Source: a virus. Taken from it: 64,000 bases of DNA. The notes beneath the pieces were generated by a model. That model was not told where the DNA came from. It made no database searches and saw nothing but the letters and a program-made list of their open reading frames with translations. A program made the position numbers and the translations under genes. Positions 20,900-31,153 of this stretch are shown here, in pieces (within the stretch, counting starts at the first letter, position 1; each line of letters starts with the position of its first letter). The stretch lies in the IMG/VR virus record IMGVR_UViG_3300023296_001674, one strand, 5' to 3'.

Positions 20900-21408
20900 T
20901 GTTCGTTTTAACGCCAGAAAATACCAGTTTAGAAACATCGCTGATGCCAAATAAACTCAATAAAGATGTGGATATGCGATATTGTGTCCTTGATTACACT
21001 GAACCTGAGTTTATTGATTATAGATTTCCGATTGTAGCGTGGTTGGATGAATATGGCAAATCATCTATCGAACTACAAATAGGTGGATATACTATACAAG
21101 CGCCCACTAATTGGTCTATTTTAATAGGCGATGAAGACAGCGAGAATATGGAATTATTACCAGTTCTCGGTTTTCATGGACGTGATTTTAAAGCATTTAC
21201 GTTTAATCCATGCGCGGGTTATATGATTAAATTTATGCCTATTGAAGAAATGAATATATATGAAAAAATAACATGGAACATACCAAATTTGCATCCGACT
21301 TATATGATAGCAATACCATTGCATGGTGGTGAAAATCCACCGTGTGTATTTTTTGCTGAAACTAAAAATAAACTACCAGAGTTGATAGATATATCTGATG
21401 TGATGTAA
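20899..21408 (+). CDS. Hypothetical protein coupled to uvsW
   Basis: TAATG overlap; 169 aa. Confidence 0.7.
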   Translation: MFVLTPENTSLETSLMPNKLNKDVDMRYCVLDYTEPEFIDYRFPIVAWLDEYGKSSIELQIGGYTIQAPTNWSILIGDEDSENMELLPVLGFHGRDFKAFTFNPCAGYMIKFMPIEEMNIYEKITWNIPNLHPTYMIAIPLHGGENPPCVFFAETKNKLPELIDISDVM

Positions 21409-21436
21409 AAAAAGGGAGGCAAAAGCCTCCCTTTTT
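21407..21436. terminator. Bidirectional terminator between convergent genes
   Basis: A run-GGGAGGC-AAAA-GCCTCCC-T run. Confidence 0.88.
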
Positions 21437-21455
21437 ACGTTTATTGTAATAACAA

Positions 21456-22571
21456 TTAGGCAGATTGTAGATCAGCTTCGCCTGTTACGGCTGCGGCTAC
21501 ATCTAATTTCCACGAATATGTATTACCTTCCCATGTTTTAACAACATGTTGTAATATAGTTTTTGCATGTTCTGTTCCAACACCTTCAATAGTGATCTGA
21601 TCATCAATAGCATGACCAGTACCAGCAGTATCAATAGTCATGCCAGTAATGTCACCAGTACCACCAACCGAAGCAACAGATAATGTACCATTTCCTCCAG
21701 TTACAGATACAACAGCACCAGTAGTATAACCAGTACCAGCAGTATCAATAGTAAGAGCATTAATACCCCAAGATACAGTTAATGTTGCACCAGAACCACC
21801 ACCTGCGGTTGAAGTAGCGGATGGGTTTATAGGAAGAACGGTATATACTCCAGCAGCACCGTCAGCTACATCAAAAATACCTTGAGTAGCAGTTTCCATT
21901 GTCATATCAAACAGAATGTTGTCACCTGTTCCACTTAACTGTGAAGCGAATGAAACAACTTGGGTGTCACCAACAATACCAGATGTAGATGCTGTCAATA
22001 CTGTAAATTCAGTTACATCACCGTTGCCATCAATTGCGTCAACACGAACAGTTGAACCATCATCCATTGTATATACATCGAGTACTACAGAAGCTGTTCC
22101 GCCACCTGCATCACCACCAGTAAATACACTGAAATCAGCTTCAGTTTGTCCAGCAACAGTGGAAATATCATTAACAGTCCATCCCGCTGCAACTGAAAAT
22201 GTACCGCCTGCATTTGTATCTATTGCATCGCCTACATTATATCCTGATCCGGTTGTTGTAACAACAGCGGATGCAGCACTCAAATTAAGAATGCTAACTT
22301 CCGCAGTACCATCACCAGCAGATACGCCGAATACGGATACGTCCAGTTGTGCTTCTCCAACTGCTGAAGGATCAGCTAATTGTAGTTTTGCTCTACCAGT
22401 TCTAGTTGGCGTTGAACCACCAACCACACTAGCTAGAGTATAAGTTCTACTGCCCGGTTGGTCCATGATCCAACATAGTTCTGTACCCGCGCCGATATCA
22501 GCTAGCACTTGAAGCTGATTATTAGATTGGCTAGTATTGCCAAAATTTTGTTTTCTTAAAGGTCTTCCCAT
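21456..22571 (-). CDS. Gly/Thr/Ala-rich virion structural protein
   Basis: GGAG RBS and minus-strand ATAAATA; repeated TIDTAGTG and G.GY..G beta-rich motifs. Confidence 0.7.
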   Translation of the reverse strand: MGRPLRKQNFGNTSQSNNQLQVLADIGAGTELCWIMDQPGSRTYTLASVVGGSTPTRTGRAKLQLADPSAVGEAQLDVSVFGVSAGDGTAEVSILNLSAASAVVTTTGSGYNVGDAIDTNAGGTFSVAAGWTVNDISTVAGQTEADFSVFTGGDAGGGTASVVLDVYTMDDGSTVRVDAIDGNGDVTEFTVLTASTSGIVGDTQVVSFASQLSGTGDNILFDMTMETATQGIFDVADGAAGVYTVLPINPSATSTAGGGSGATLTVSWGINALTIDTAGTGYTTGAVVSVTGGNGTLSVASVGGTGDITGMTIDTAGTGHAIDDQITIEGVGTEHAKTILQHVVKTWEGNTYSWKLDVAAAVTGEADLQSA

Positions 22572-22696
22572 AATATATCTCTCCTATAATTCGTCCGGTA
22601 TTTAACTCCTAGACTTCGATTATGTTATAGTTATTTATTGAATATCATCTCGATTTGCTATACAATGCTATGATAATAAGTATAAATGGATGAAAA

Positions 22697-23203
22697 ATGG
22701 CAGAAAAGAAAAAATATAAACTAGATTTGTATAATAAATTTTTACCCGCTATAATGCGACGTGATGTTAATATATACAGTAAACTCAGCGACGAAGAACG
22801 TAAAGGATTTGCAGATATTGTTGCATTGCGCACGATGAGCAGTGCAAAAACGAATGACGTGGATATATTAACATATTTAATACTAACTGCCAATAGCGTT
22901 AATAAACATATGTGGAACTCCGCCTTTAAGGGTCATGATGAATTAAAAATGATGACATTTGCGGCTGCTGGCCCTGTCGTTCCTGTAGAATTCGAATACA
23001 TCGCAGCAAAAAGAAAAAAAACGATAAGTCCTAAAGTATTAGACGTTCTTAAGAGATATTATCCAACCGCAAGTGAAAGTGAGTTGAAAATGTTTATAGA
23101 CATCAATGATGCTGCTGATTTAATAGAAATAGGTTTAATGCTTGGTATGCAGAAAGATAAAATGACAGTTTACAAAAAAGAGGTTAAAAAGTTAAAGAAA
23201 TAA
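22697..23203 (+). CDS. Hypothetical protein, possibly clamp-loader small subunit (gp62-like)
   Basis: Size, helical pattern, KRKK...LKRYY; located in replication region. Confidence 0.35.
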   Translation: MAEKKKYKLDLYNKFLPAIMRRDVNIYSKLSDEERKGFADIVALRTMSSAKTNDVDILTYLILTANSVNKHMWNSAFKGHDELKMMTFAAAGPVVPVEFEYIAAKRKKTISPKVLDVLKRYYPTASESELKMFIDINDAADLIEIGLMLGMQKDKMTVYKKEVKKLKK

Positions 23204-23212
23204 CTGATTATT

Positions 23213-23926
23213 ATGGCTAAAGAAGGATTTATAATGACAAATGTTGATAAATATAAGTGTAATTTTTGCGACAGAGAATTTGTTCGCGAAAGAACGCTTA
23301 TTAGTCATATGTGCGAAACCAAACGCCGACATTTTAATAAAAGTGAACGATATGCGCAAATAGGGCTTGAAGCATGGAAGACATTTTACCGATTGACTGG
23401 TTCTGATGGTGGTAAAGATAAAACTTATAGTGATTTTATGAAATCACGTTATTATATAGCATTTATCAAGTTCGGCAAGCACGTTTTGGCAACCAATATG
23501 GTAAATCAATCACAATTTATACCATTTGTTATTAAAAATCATATAAAACTCGATGATTGGTGCAAAGATTCAATATATGAAGAATATACAAGAACGGTAT
23601 GTCGTCGTGAAGATGTTTATACCGCGATGGAACGTCAAGTAAAGATAATGACCGATTGGGCAGATGAAAATGGTGAAGAATGGTTTGATTATTTCAAAAA
23701 AATACCACCCGGAACTGCATATAAGATGATTACATCGGGTAGACTAAGTCCGTGGTTGTTATTAAACAGTAATTTAGTAGAAACAGAGTTATTTCCCCGA
23801 TTATCAGATGAACAATTTGTTCATATCGCAGATTTTATAAATTTTGACTACTGGCGTATTAAAATGAAGAATGAAGAAGAAGATTTAGCGTTTGTAACAG
23901 AATTTATAAAGGAATGTGAACTATGA
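23213..23926 (+). CDS. Zn-finger-containing protein
   Basis: YKCNFCDREF...LISHMC C2HC-type finger. Confidence 0.65.
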   Translation: MAKEGFIMTNVDKYKCNFCDREFVRERTLISHMCETKRRHFNKSERYAQIGLEAWKTFYRLTGSDGGKDKTYSDFMKSRYYIAFIKFGKHVLATNMVNQSQFIPFVIKNHIKLDDWCKDSIYEEYTRTVCRREDVYTAMERQVKIMTDWADENGEEWFDYFKKIPPGTAYKMITSGRLSPWLLLNSNLVETELFPRLSDEQFVHIADFINFDYWRIKMKNEEEDLAFVTEFIKECEL

Positions 23927-24258
23927 TATCAGAAAAACAGATGAAAGCGGTTAGAAAAATAATGTATAGAGATGACGATGATGATAAATCAAAATCATCT
24001 AAAAAAAAGATAAATGAAATAAAAATAACAGGCTCATCAAGGGCTGTCATGATAGAAAGTGGTGGTGTTAAGCATCAATTACCTACAATGGCTTCTGTAT
24101 CACAGTTAATTGAGCAATGTAGAACACAAAAAAATGCATTAACTGACGCACAATCAAATATTAAGAAATTAACTGAAACTATTAAGAAAATGGATTCGGC
24201 ATTAAAAGAAGTTGAACGTGAATTGACCACAAAAGCGGATATGTATGATTCGAAATGA
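23923..24258 (+). CDS. Coiled-coil hypothetical protein
   Basis: ATGA overlaps; heptad-rich C-terminus. Confidence 0.65.
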   Translation: MISEKQMKAVRKIMYRDDDDDKSKSSKKKINEIKITGSSRAVMIESGGVKHQLPTMASVSQLIEQCRTQKNALTDAQSNIKKLTETIKKMDSALKEVERELTTKADMYDSK

Positions 24259-24869
24259 AAATAAGAAATGCTGATACTGACATTGACATTGATTTTCAAG
24301 ACCCTACAAAGGCGCTTGAAGGATTAAGCCACATTCGTGCTATATTAACGGATGATGATGGCAATGTTAGACCGCATGTATCTGGTGTGTATTTTCAAGA
24401 GGTGCCATATGATCCAATAACGGGTTTATGTAGTTTAGAATCAAAAGATGCAGAAGCGCGTGGATATTTTAAGTTAGATTTTCTTCATGTTCATCAATAT
24501 GATGGAATAAAAAGCGAAGAGCATCTAACATCGTTGATGCATGCTGAACCAATTTGGGAAATGCTCGAAGATGAATTTTTTGTAAAGCAGTTATCACAAA
24601 TACATAGGCATTTTGAAATAATTTCGTCGTATGCACCAAGAACGATAATGCAGTTGGCTATGGTGTTAGGGATGATACGTCCAGCAAAGAGACATTTGTT
24701 GGGTGAAGAATTTGATATAGTTGAAAAGACGATATGGGATAAGCCAGAAGAAGGCGACGAAGGTTATGAATTCAGAAAAAGTTTTTTTAAGAAACCTCAC
24801 TCCGTCAGTTATGCATACGGAATTGTAGTTCAAATGAATTTATTAGTGGAGAATGGTGATATAAATTAA
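24255..24869 (+). CDS. Miniature DNA polymerase III alpha (DnaE)-like catalytic core
   Basis: DIDIDF, HVSGVYF, GYFKLDFL, LGMIRPA, FKKPHSVSYA match DnaE motifs PDIDxDF, HAAGVV, KMDFLG, LYRPG, FNKSHAAAYA in order. Confidence 0.8.
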   Translation: MKIRNADTDIDIDFQDPTKALEGLSHIRAILTDDDGNVRPHVSGVYFQEVPYDPITGLCSLESKDAEARGYFKLDFLHVHQYDGIKSEEHLTSLMHAEPIWEMLEDEFFVKQLSQIHRHFEIISSYAPRTIMQLAMVLGMIRPAKRHLLGEEFDIVEKTIWDKPEEGDEGYEFRKSFFKKPHSVSYAYGIVVQMNLLVENGDIN

Positions 24870-25243
24870 TCCATTGGTCGAATAAGTTGTATTTTTTTTC
24901 TTTTTATTCGTTTCTGGAAATTCTCTTCAAGATTGATGAGTGGCCCCATGATATCCGTAACATCTTTCATTGGTAGACACTTTAATGTGCTTTTATATGG
25001 CTTCATTTCAATTCTTAGGAATATGTTAATAGGTATAAGGTGATTGCTTTCTTCCCACCATAGTTTACCAAGTTCTAAAAAGTGTTTTTTATCTTTTTCT
25101 TCTTTTAATTTGTTATAAGTGTAAAGACTGATTAACTTATTATCAGAATTTATTATAATACCAATCAAATCTTCTTCTGCGAACGTCAAACATGTTAAAT
25201 ATGGATGTTTGTTGTTAAGTTTTTCAAATTCTTCTGGTGTCAT
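24866..25243 (-). CDS. Hypothetical protein
   Basis: AGGA RBS and minus-strand CTAAATA upstream; WWEESN..IPINIFL. Confidence 0.7.
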   Translation of the reverse strand: MTPEEFEKLNNKHPYLTCLTFAEEDLIGIIINSDNKLISLYTYNKLKEEKDKKHFLELGKLWWEESNHLIPINIFLRIEMKPYKSTLKCLPMKDVTDIMGPLINLEENFQKRIKRKKIQLIRPMD

Positions 25244-25374
25244 ATATAAGTCCTGTGGTATAATATATAGTTAACGCTATGGTTTTATTTAGTAAATTAA
25301 AAATAGGTGTTTATAAATGATATTTTTATTACTAACCGACGTGAATTAATTATGAAGAAAAAGGACGAATATTA

Positions 25375-26475
25375 ATGAAAGTACCATTTATTGATTTAGG
25401 TAGAGCATTTAAAAAACATCGCAAAGAATATATGGATATTGCCGAATCTGCATGGGAAAACGGAATGATAGTTGGTGGTAAATATGTAGAAGAATTTGAG
25501 AATAATATATCTTCTATGTGTATGCGGAAATATGGTATAGCGGTTGCATCTTGCACTGATGCATTATATTTTTCATTATTAGCCAACAATATCGGTGTGG
25601 GCGATGAAGTAATAGTGACCTCACATTCATTTGTGGCATCTGCGTCGTGTATATTGAAAGTAGGGGCAACACCAGTGTTTATGGATATTGAATTGGATAC
25701 ATTTATGATTGATCCAGATAACATCAAAGAATATATAACTGATCACACAAAGGCAATAATTGCTGTTCATTTGTATGGTCAGTCATTGCCTATACAAAAA
25801 ATAGAAAACATTGCTGCTGCCCATTCATTAATTTTAATAGAAGATGCCGCCCAATCGTTGGGAGCAATGTATGATAATCGTCCAGTTGGTAGCATGGGTG
25901 ATATTAGTTGCATTAGTTTTGATTCATTAAAGACGTTGGGATCGTTTGGTAACGGCGGAATGTTATTAACTGATGATGATACCAGTGTTGATATATTAAA
26001 ATCATTAGGAAATCATGGTAAAATACCTAATAATAACAACGAGAAACATCATTATGTTGGCGGAAGAAGTGTAATGACGAGCGCAGAAGCAGGTATGTTA
26101 AATCGCCGTTTGGTTGATTTCGGTTCAGATGTTATCGATAGAACCAGAATTGCGAACATATATAATGATGGATTAAGCAATATAAAATCTATAATAACCC
26201 CGCAAAGTAATAAAGGATCACACACGTGGCACAAATATGTGATTATGGTTGAAGAATTGGAAGAACTTAATTCATTTTTATTATTGAATGATATAGGAAC
26301 TAGAACATGGCATACACCTTTATATAGAGAACCAATATTTGATCGTTTTATAAAATCAGTATGTCCAAATGCAGAGTTAATATCGACTCGAATATTGGGA
26401 TTACCTATATTTGCGGAAATGACAAAAAACGAAGCCGAATATGTCGTTGAAATTATTTCCGAATTTTATCATTAA
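25375..26475 (+). CDS. DegT/DnrJ/EryC1/StrS PLP-dependent sugar aminotransferase
   Basis: SCTDAL, GATPVF.DI, VHLYGQ, IEDAAQSLG, SFDSLKTLG (PLP lysine), LPIF. Confidence 0.92.
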   Translation: MKVPFIDLGRAFKKHRKEYMDIAESAWENGMIVGGKYVEEFENNISSMCMRKYGIAVASCTDALYFSLLANNIGVGDEVIVTSHSFVASASCILKVGATPVFMDIELDTFMIDPDNIKEYITDHTKAIIAVHLYGQSLPIQKIENIAAAHSLILIEDAAQSLGAMYDNRPVGSMGDISCISFDSLKTLGSFGNGGMLLTDDDTSVDILKSLGNHGKIPNNNNEKHHYVGGRSVMTSAEAGMLNRRLVDFGSDVIDRTRIANIYNDGLSNIKSIITPQSNKGSHTWHKYVIMVEELEELNSFLLLNDIGTRTWHTPLYREPIFDRFIKSVCPNAELISTRILGLPIFAEMTKNEAEYVVEIISEFYH

Positions 26476-27331
26476 GGCGACTTATTACATCATAATTGAT
26501 GCTATTCCATGTTTGTTTTAGTGATTTGCTTTGCGATTCGGTAAAATCTTCTACGATTAATCCGTATTGTTCTAGTTGATTTTCTACTTCTATTTTTATA
26601 TTATTATTGACGAATTGGCTTTCTAAATATGAATAATCAGAAATATCAGACAATCGCGTTGGATTGTTTTTATTATTAAATCCATGCAATGCTCCAGCGC
26701 GTGCACCGGATATACTGTATTCACCATATGTTTCATCCATGCCTATGCTGCACCATATGAATAGTCTACTATGTGTAACGGGTTCACTCGCAGCCCAATC
26801 TTTATTGGTTTGTATATACATGTTGGTTCCGCTAGCTAATTTTGATGCTTCGCGAAATGCTGATCTCCATGTTAATTTTGGTGATCTATTAAAGTTAGAT
26901 GTTGTTGCACACTCTTCTTGTATTACCACACCTTCTGTTCCTGCATTTAATGTAAAATCGACAACATTGGTATTTGTAAATTTTTGAACTAATGCTTTTG
27001 GAAACATATGTATTGATCCATATCCATATATTAATCCATTAACTGGATTCAATGATCTCCATACGTGTACACGTTGGTCGCCGTTATAAAAATCTACGGC
27101 TTCAAATGAGAAATTCGGATTCAACACCGCGTCAGCATCCATTGTTATAAAATAATCAGTTTCGCATATATCAGCGGCTTTCTTCCAAGCGTTGGCTATT
27201 CCATCGACACCATGTACCCGTTTTGCGTTTGGTACTATTTTTGTTAATTTGTTAAATCCTTCATCGGCATATTCTTCATCGTATGACATGTATATGAAGT
27301 CGACAGGTATATTATTATTGATTTTTACCAT
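26453..27331 (-). CDS. GT-A fold glycosyltransferase-like protein
   Basis: SYDE, RVHGVDGI..A...AA, DADA (DxD), NPVNGLIYGYG, WRSAFRE. Confidence 0.7.
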   Translation of the reverse strand: MVKINNNIPVDFIYMSYDEEYADEGFNKLTKIVPNAKRVHGVDGIANAWKKAADICETDYFITMDADAVLNPNFSFEAVDFYNGDQRVHVWRSLNPVNGLIYGYGSIHMFPKALVQKFTNTNVVDFTLNAGTEGVVIQEECATTSNFNRSPKLTWRSAFREASKLASGTNMYIQTNKDWAASEPVTHSRLFIWCSIGMDETYGEYSISGARAGALHGFNNKNNPTRLSDISDYSYLESQFVNNNIKIEVENQLEQYGLIVEDFTESQSKSLKQTWNSINYDVISRLNDKIRK

Positions 27332-27454
27332 GATAATCCTTATAATGAATAATCTATATTATAACATAAATATTAATATCAAGTCAATAAGGATATTGAT
27401 TAGAATAGTATCAGTTATGCTAAATAGTAGTAGAAATATTATGGAATAAGTGAA

Positions 27455-28297
27455 ATGACAGCAATAAAAATCTATAAGATTCCGATTGTGGTTGATTTGA
27501 CTGTATTGGATCATGGAGTAAAAAATAATAACATGTCTTTTAGGGATAGCGATTTTACCGTTTATAAAAATGCTTACAATCCAATCGAGTTTATCGTTAG
27601 GGATAGTGATAGACGTCCGGTTGATGTAACAAATAAAGATTTAACGATGACTATTGTTGATTTTTATTCGGGGTTAGTTGTGATACAAAAGTCTGTTGAA
27701 ATTCTTGACGCAGCAAAAGGGCGTATTAGATTTTCCATTGATCCATTGGATACGCCACAATGGAATGTTGGAACATATAAGTATTCTATATTGATAACAA
27801 ATGAAGACACAACCATGAATTTATTGGGTGTCGATCAAAACAACCAAGCGATAGGATATTTTGAATTTGTAGACGGTATCCTACCAGAACCATCCGACAG
27901 TCAAAGCATATTAGGCGAGCAGTTCACTCCTGTTAATGTGGTACCACCAACCCTTGAACCAACTATTTACGTTACTGGGGCGTTTCCTGGCGATGCTACG
28001 TTGGGTGATAATGATGGGTTACACACAGTTGTGGTATACTTAACTGATTATGCTGGAAAGTTTTGGATAGAGGCTAGTTTAGAGGATGATCCAACATCAT
28101 TAGATAAGGATTGGTTCATTGTTAATTTGAGTTCGTTCAATGCATATCACGAATTTGGTAACACTCCCAACCCAACAGATATATTCACTGGATTGGAAGC
28201 ATTTAATTTCACCGGAAATATACAATGGGTGAGATTCAAACATCAACCCGATGATGACAATATTGGAACATTGGATAAGGTATTGTTTAGAAACTAA
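27455..28297 (+). CDS. Beta-rich virion protein (BppU/Ig-like N-terminus)
   Basis: IEFIVRD...PVDVT...LTMTI...GRIRF...GTYKYSI pattern; late promoter. Confidence 0.55.
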   Translation: MTAIKIYKIPIVVDLTVLDHGVKNNNMSFRDSDFTVYKNAYNPIEFIVRDSDRRPVDVTNKDLTMTIVDFYSGLVVIQKSVEILDAAKGRIRFSIDPLDTPQWNVGTYKYSILITNEDTTMNLLGVDQNNQAIGYFEFVDGILPEPSDSQSILGEQFTPVNVVPPTLEPTIYVTGAFPGDATLGDNDGLHTVVVYLTDYAGKFWIEASLEDDPTSLDKDWFIVNLSSFNAYHEFGNTPNPTDIFTGLEAFNFTGNIQWVRFKHQPDDDNIGTLDKVLFRN

Positions 28298-28355
28298 TAT
28301 TGAATCATTGATTAATATCTGATATAATAATTGAAATATTATATTAGGTACATCC

Positions 28356-30161
28356 ATGACGCAGACATTATACGCATATTATTCACCATTAAATATAAAA
28401 ACTACCCACGTGCAATATAGTGATGAATTTATCACAATTGGATGTGATGATTCTATGATATATACATCAGATACTTATGTATTAGCAATGATTGGCGAGT
28501 TTTTTAACTCAGATGAAATCGCAATAGAAATAGGCGTTGAATTGGAAGCGCATAGCGACGTAGAATTACTTTCAAAATTAATACATATTAAAGGCATCGA
28601 TGATGCTATAACTTTTCTTATAGGATGTTATTCTATAATTTATTATAATAAGCATTATAAATCGTGGTTATTGATAACCGATAAATTAGGCAGTCTATAT
28701 CCGTATTATTACTGTAATTTAGATGATTTTATGATTTCAATTGATCACCATTTATTTAAAAATATAAATTTGAATGTTAATATAAATTGGCTCAATAGAT
28801 ATATAAAAGGTGTATTCAAGCCCACAGTAGAAACTTTTATAAGTGGAGTATATAAACTTTTTGGCGGCATGATGTATTCATACCCAACTAACGAAAAGAT
28901 ACAATATTATGATTTATATGCTGATTTGGATGACGCGTTTTGTAACACAAATCATGATATATCGTCATCGTGCGCCGTTGACTATACTCATAATATTATA
29001 AAAAATACAATAATCAATACTAGTAGAAATTCTGATGCGCCCATATATGGTGTAGAAAATTCATATGGTGTTGATGGTTTAACTATCGTTGCTATATTGA
29101 ATGACTTAAAGATAAAACCCAACACTTATACATCGTTTTTTCCACCACAAATAACAAAACCAAATTTCAATGAAGAAAAAAACGCAGAAATTGTAGAATT
29201 TCGTATGGATATAATCAATAAAGCAAGAAATACATTTAATGCATATAACTATTTTGATGAAATTGTTTATGATGATGTTAATTCGTATATTGATCCGTTA
29301 TGCTTTAAACACTGTTTGGGTATACATTGGGGAGGAAACGTGTTTTTTAAGGACCGGTTGGCTACACAGGCAAAGATAGATGGCGTTACGCATATGTATG
29401 AGGGTGGATATGGTGATGCTGTATTTTTACATAGAACTAGATATATGATTGCTTATATGCTACATCAATATAGTGATCGTTATATTAATATAAAAAAATA
29501 TTTTACACCTGAAGGAACCGAGGCACAACGCATGGCTTCTATTCGGATAATAAGTGAAGATTTTTCTGATATATTAAACAAATATGATGTTTACAGTTAT
29601 GAAGGATTTGATATAACGAGCAATTTTTTATATAAATTTTTTAACGAGTGTGATGGCGATTATATTAAGTATATCATAGCTTCATCATTTATAGAAAATA
29701 CAAATGCAACACCCGATAGATATGGTAGAATGTTGAGTGACATACCAAATATTGATGTGTTTAAGGATATAAGACTATGGAAATACATGCTTCAACTTCC
29801 TGAATATTTAATGTTTGATACTATGAAAAAATCACAAATACAATATGATTTGATAAAAAAATGTGTTGGTGATGGTGATTATGGCATTACGAAAACAGAT
29901 GGATTTGGTTATGAAAAAATGACTTCTGGTTATGATCCAGCACATAAAGACAATTTTTATCGTGCGTCTATTCTTTATAAACATTCAGATAAAACCCGCA
30001 ACGATTTTGATGCTGGATTGATTTTGATGAAAGATTTGGGAATAGATCAAGGATTGATTGAATACTTTACAAAATTAGATGAAGAAAGTAAAGATTGTAT
30101 GCATCATGAGCTATATCGTGTATTGATGTTATATTATTGGCACAACGAGTGGAAACAATGA
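28356..30161 (+). CDS. Divergent asparagine synthetase (AsnB)-like protein
   Basis: TDKLGSLYPYYY, ETFISGVYKL, degenerate PP-loop SYGVDG, GGYGDAVF, F.DIRL..Y.LQLP; no N-terminal Cys. Confidence 0.65.
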   Translation: MTQTLYAYYSPLNIKTTHVQYSDEFITIGCDDSMIYTSDTYVLAMIGEFFNSDEIAIEIGVELEAHSDVELLSKLIHIKGIDDAITFLIGCYSIIYYNKHYKSWLLITDKLGSLYPYYYCNLDDFMISIDHHLFKNINLNVNINWLNRYIKGVFKPTVETFISGVYKLFGGMMYSYPTNEKIQYYDLYADLDDAFCNTNHDISSSCAVDYTHNIIKNTIINTSRNSDAPIYGVENSYGVDGLTIVAILNDLKIKPNTYTSFFPPQITKPNFNEEKNAEIVEFRMDIINKARNTFNAYNYFDEIVYDDVNSYIDPLCFKHCLGIHWGGNVFFKDRLATQAKIDGVTHMYEGGYGDAVFLHRTRYMIAYMLHQYSDRYINIKKYFTPEGTEAQRMASIRIISEDFSDILNKYDVYSYEGFDITSNFLYKFFNECDGDYIKYIIASSFIENTNATPDRYGRMLSDIPNIDVFKDIRLWKYMLQLPEYLMFDTMKKSQIQYDLIKKCVGDGDYGITKTDGFGYEKMTSGYDPAHKDNFYRASILYKHSDKTRNDFDAGLILMKDLGIDQGLIEYFTKLDEESKDCMHHELYRVLMLYYWHNEWKQ

Positions 30162-30217
30162 TGACATAAGTGTAACTTAATGATAAATAACTATATAATT
30201 GATATAGGAGATTTATC

Positions 30218-31150
30218 ATGTTCATTTATAAAATAACTAATAAAATAACCGGAAAGATGTATATTGGACTGGATTCTAACATCAATAAAACTAGTCGATG
30301 GTCGGCTCATAAAACTACTACTCGTAAATATATAAAAAATAGTGAAACCCCCAAGGGGTATTTGTATCGTGCTATGGTAAAATATGGAATAGATTGTTTT
30401 GATTATGAAATAATAGAAAATAATATCAATTCTAGAGTGACACTTGCAGAACGAGAAATATTCTATATTCAAAAATATGATACATATAACGGCGATCACT
30501 ATAATATGACCATTGGCGGTGATGGCGTAAGTGGGCATACACATGATGTTTCAGATGAGACAAAAATGAAACTAGCGCAAATAGTAAAAGATGAATGGAA
30601 CAAATACACTAATGATGAATATAAAGAACGCTGTAATAATATTCAAAAAGGGATAACACAATATTTAGATTCTATGACGCCCGAACAATATGATGAATAT
30701 ATCGATAAGTGCTCAAGAGCCGGTAAAATATCAAACAGCAAAAGGACATTACAAGAAAAACAAGAATATGCTAAACCACTACGTAAATGGGTCGATTCGT
30801 TATCACCAAATGAACGTAAAATATTAAATGATAAAATATCAGAAGGGCATATCACAAGGTTGGATAATATGACTGATAAAGAAAAAATAGAAGATTCTAA
30901 ACGTCGCTCAAGTAATGCCACAATATGGTGGGATGAAATGTCAGAAGGATATAGTAAAACCATAAGAAAAAAAATGAGCGATAAGAAGAAAAAGAAGTAT
31001 ATCATTACATCGCCAGATGGTATTATTTATGAGTTGACTGGTATATTTGATTTTTGTAAGAAGAACAAGTTGCATCACGGTGCCATGTATGCTATATCTA
31101 ATGGCAAGGCTAAAACATATAAGGGGTGGCATTGTAAAAAGGCTACATAA
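30218..31150 (+). mobile_element. Free-standing GIY-YIG homing endonuclease
   Basis: FIYKITNKITGKMYIG, R...H, LAEREIFYI, YNMTIGG; helical repeats; NUMOD-like C-terminus (YKGW). Confidence 0.88.
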
Positions 31151-31153
31151 AAA

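Noticed and set aside
28356-30161. Lasso-peptide cyclase or RiPP cluster
   Set aside because: No leader peptidase, RRE domain or precursor peptide recognisable nearby
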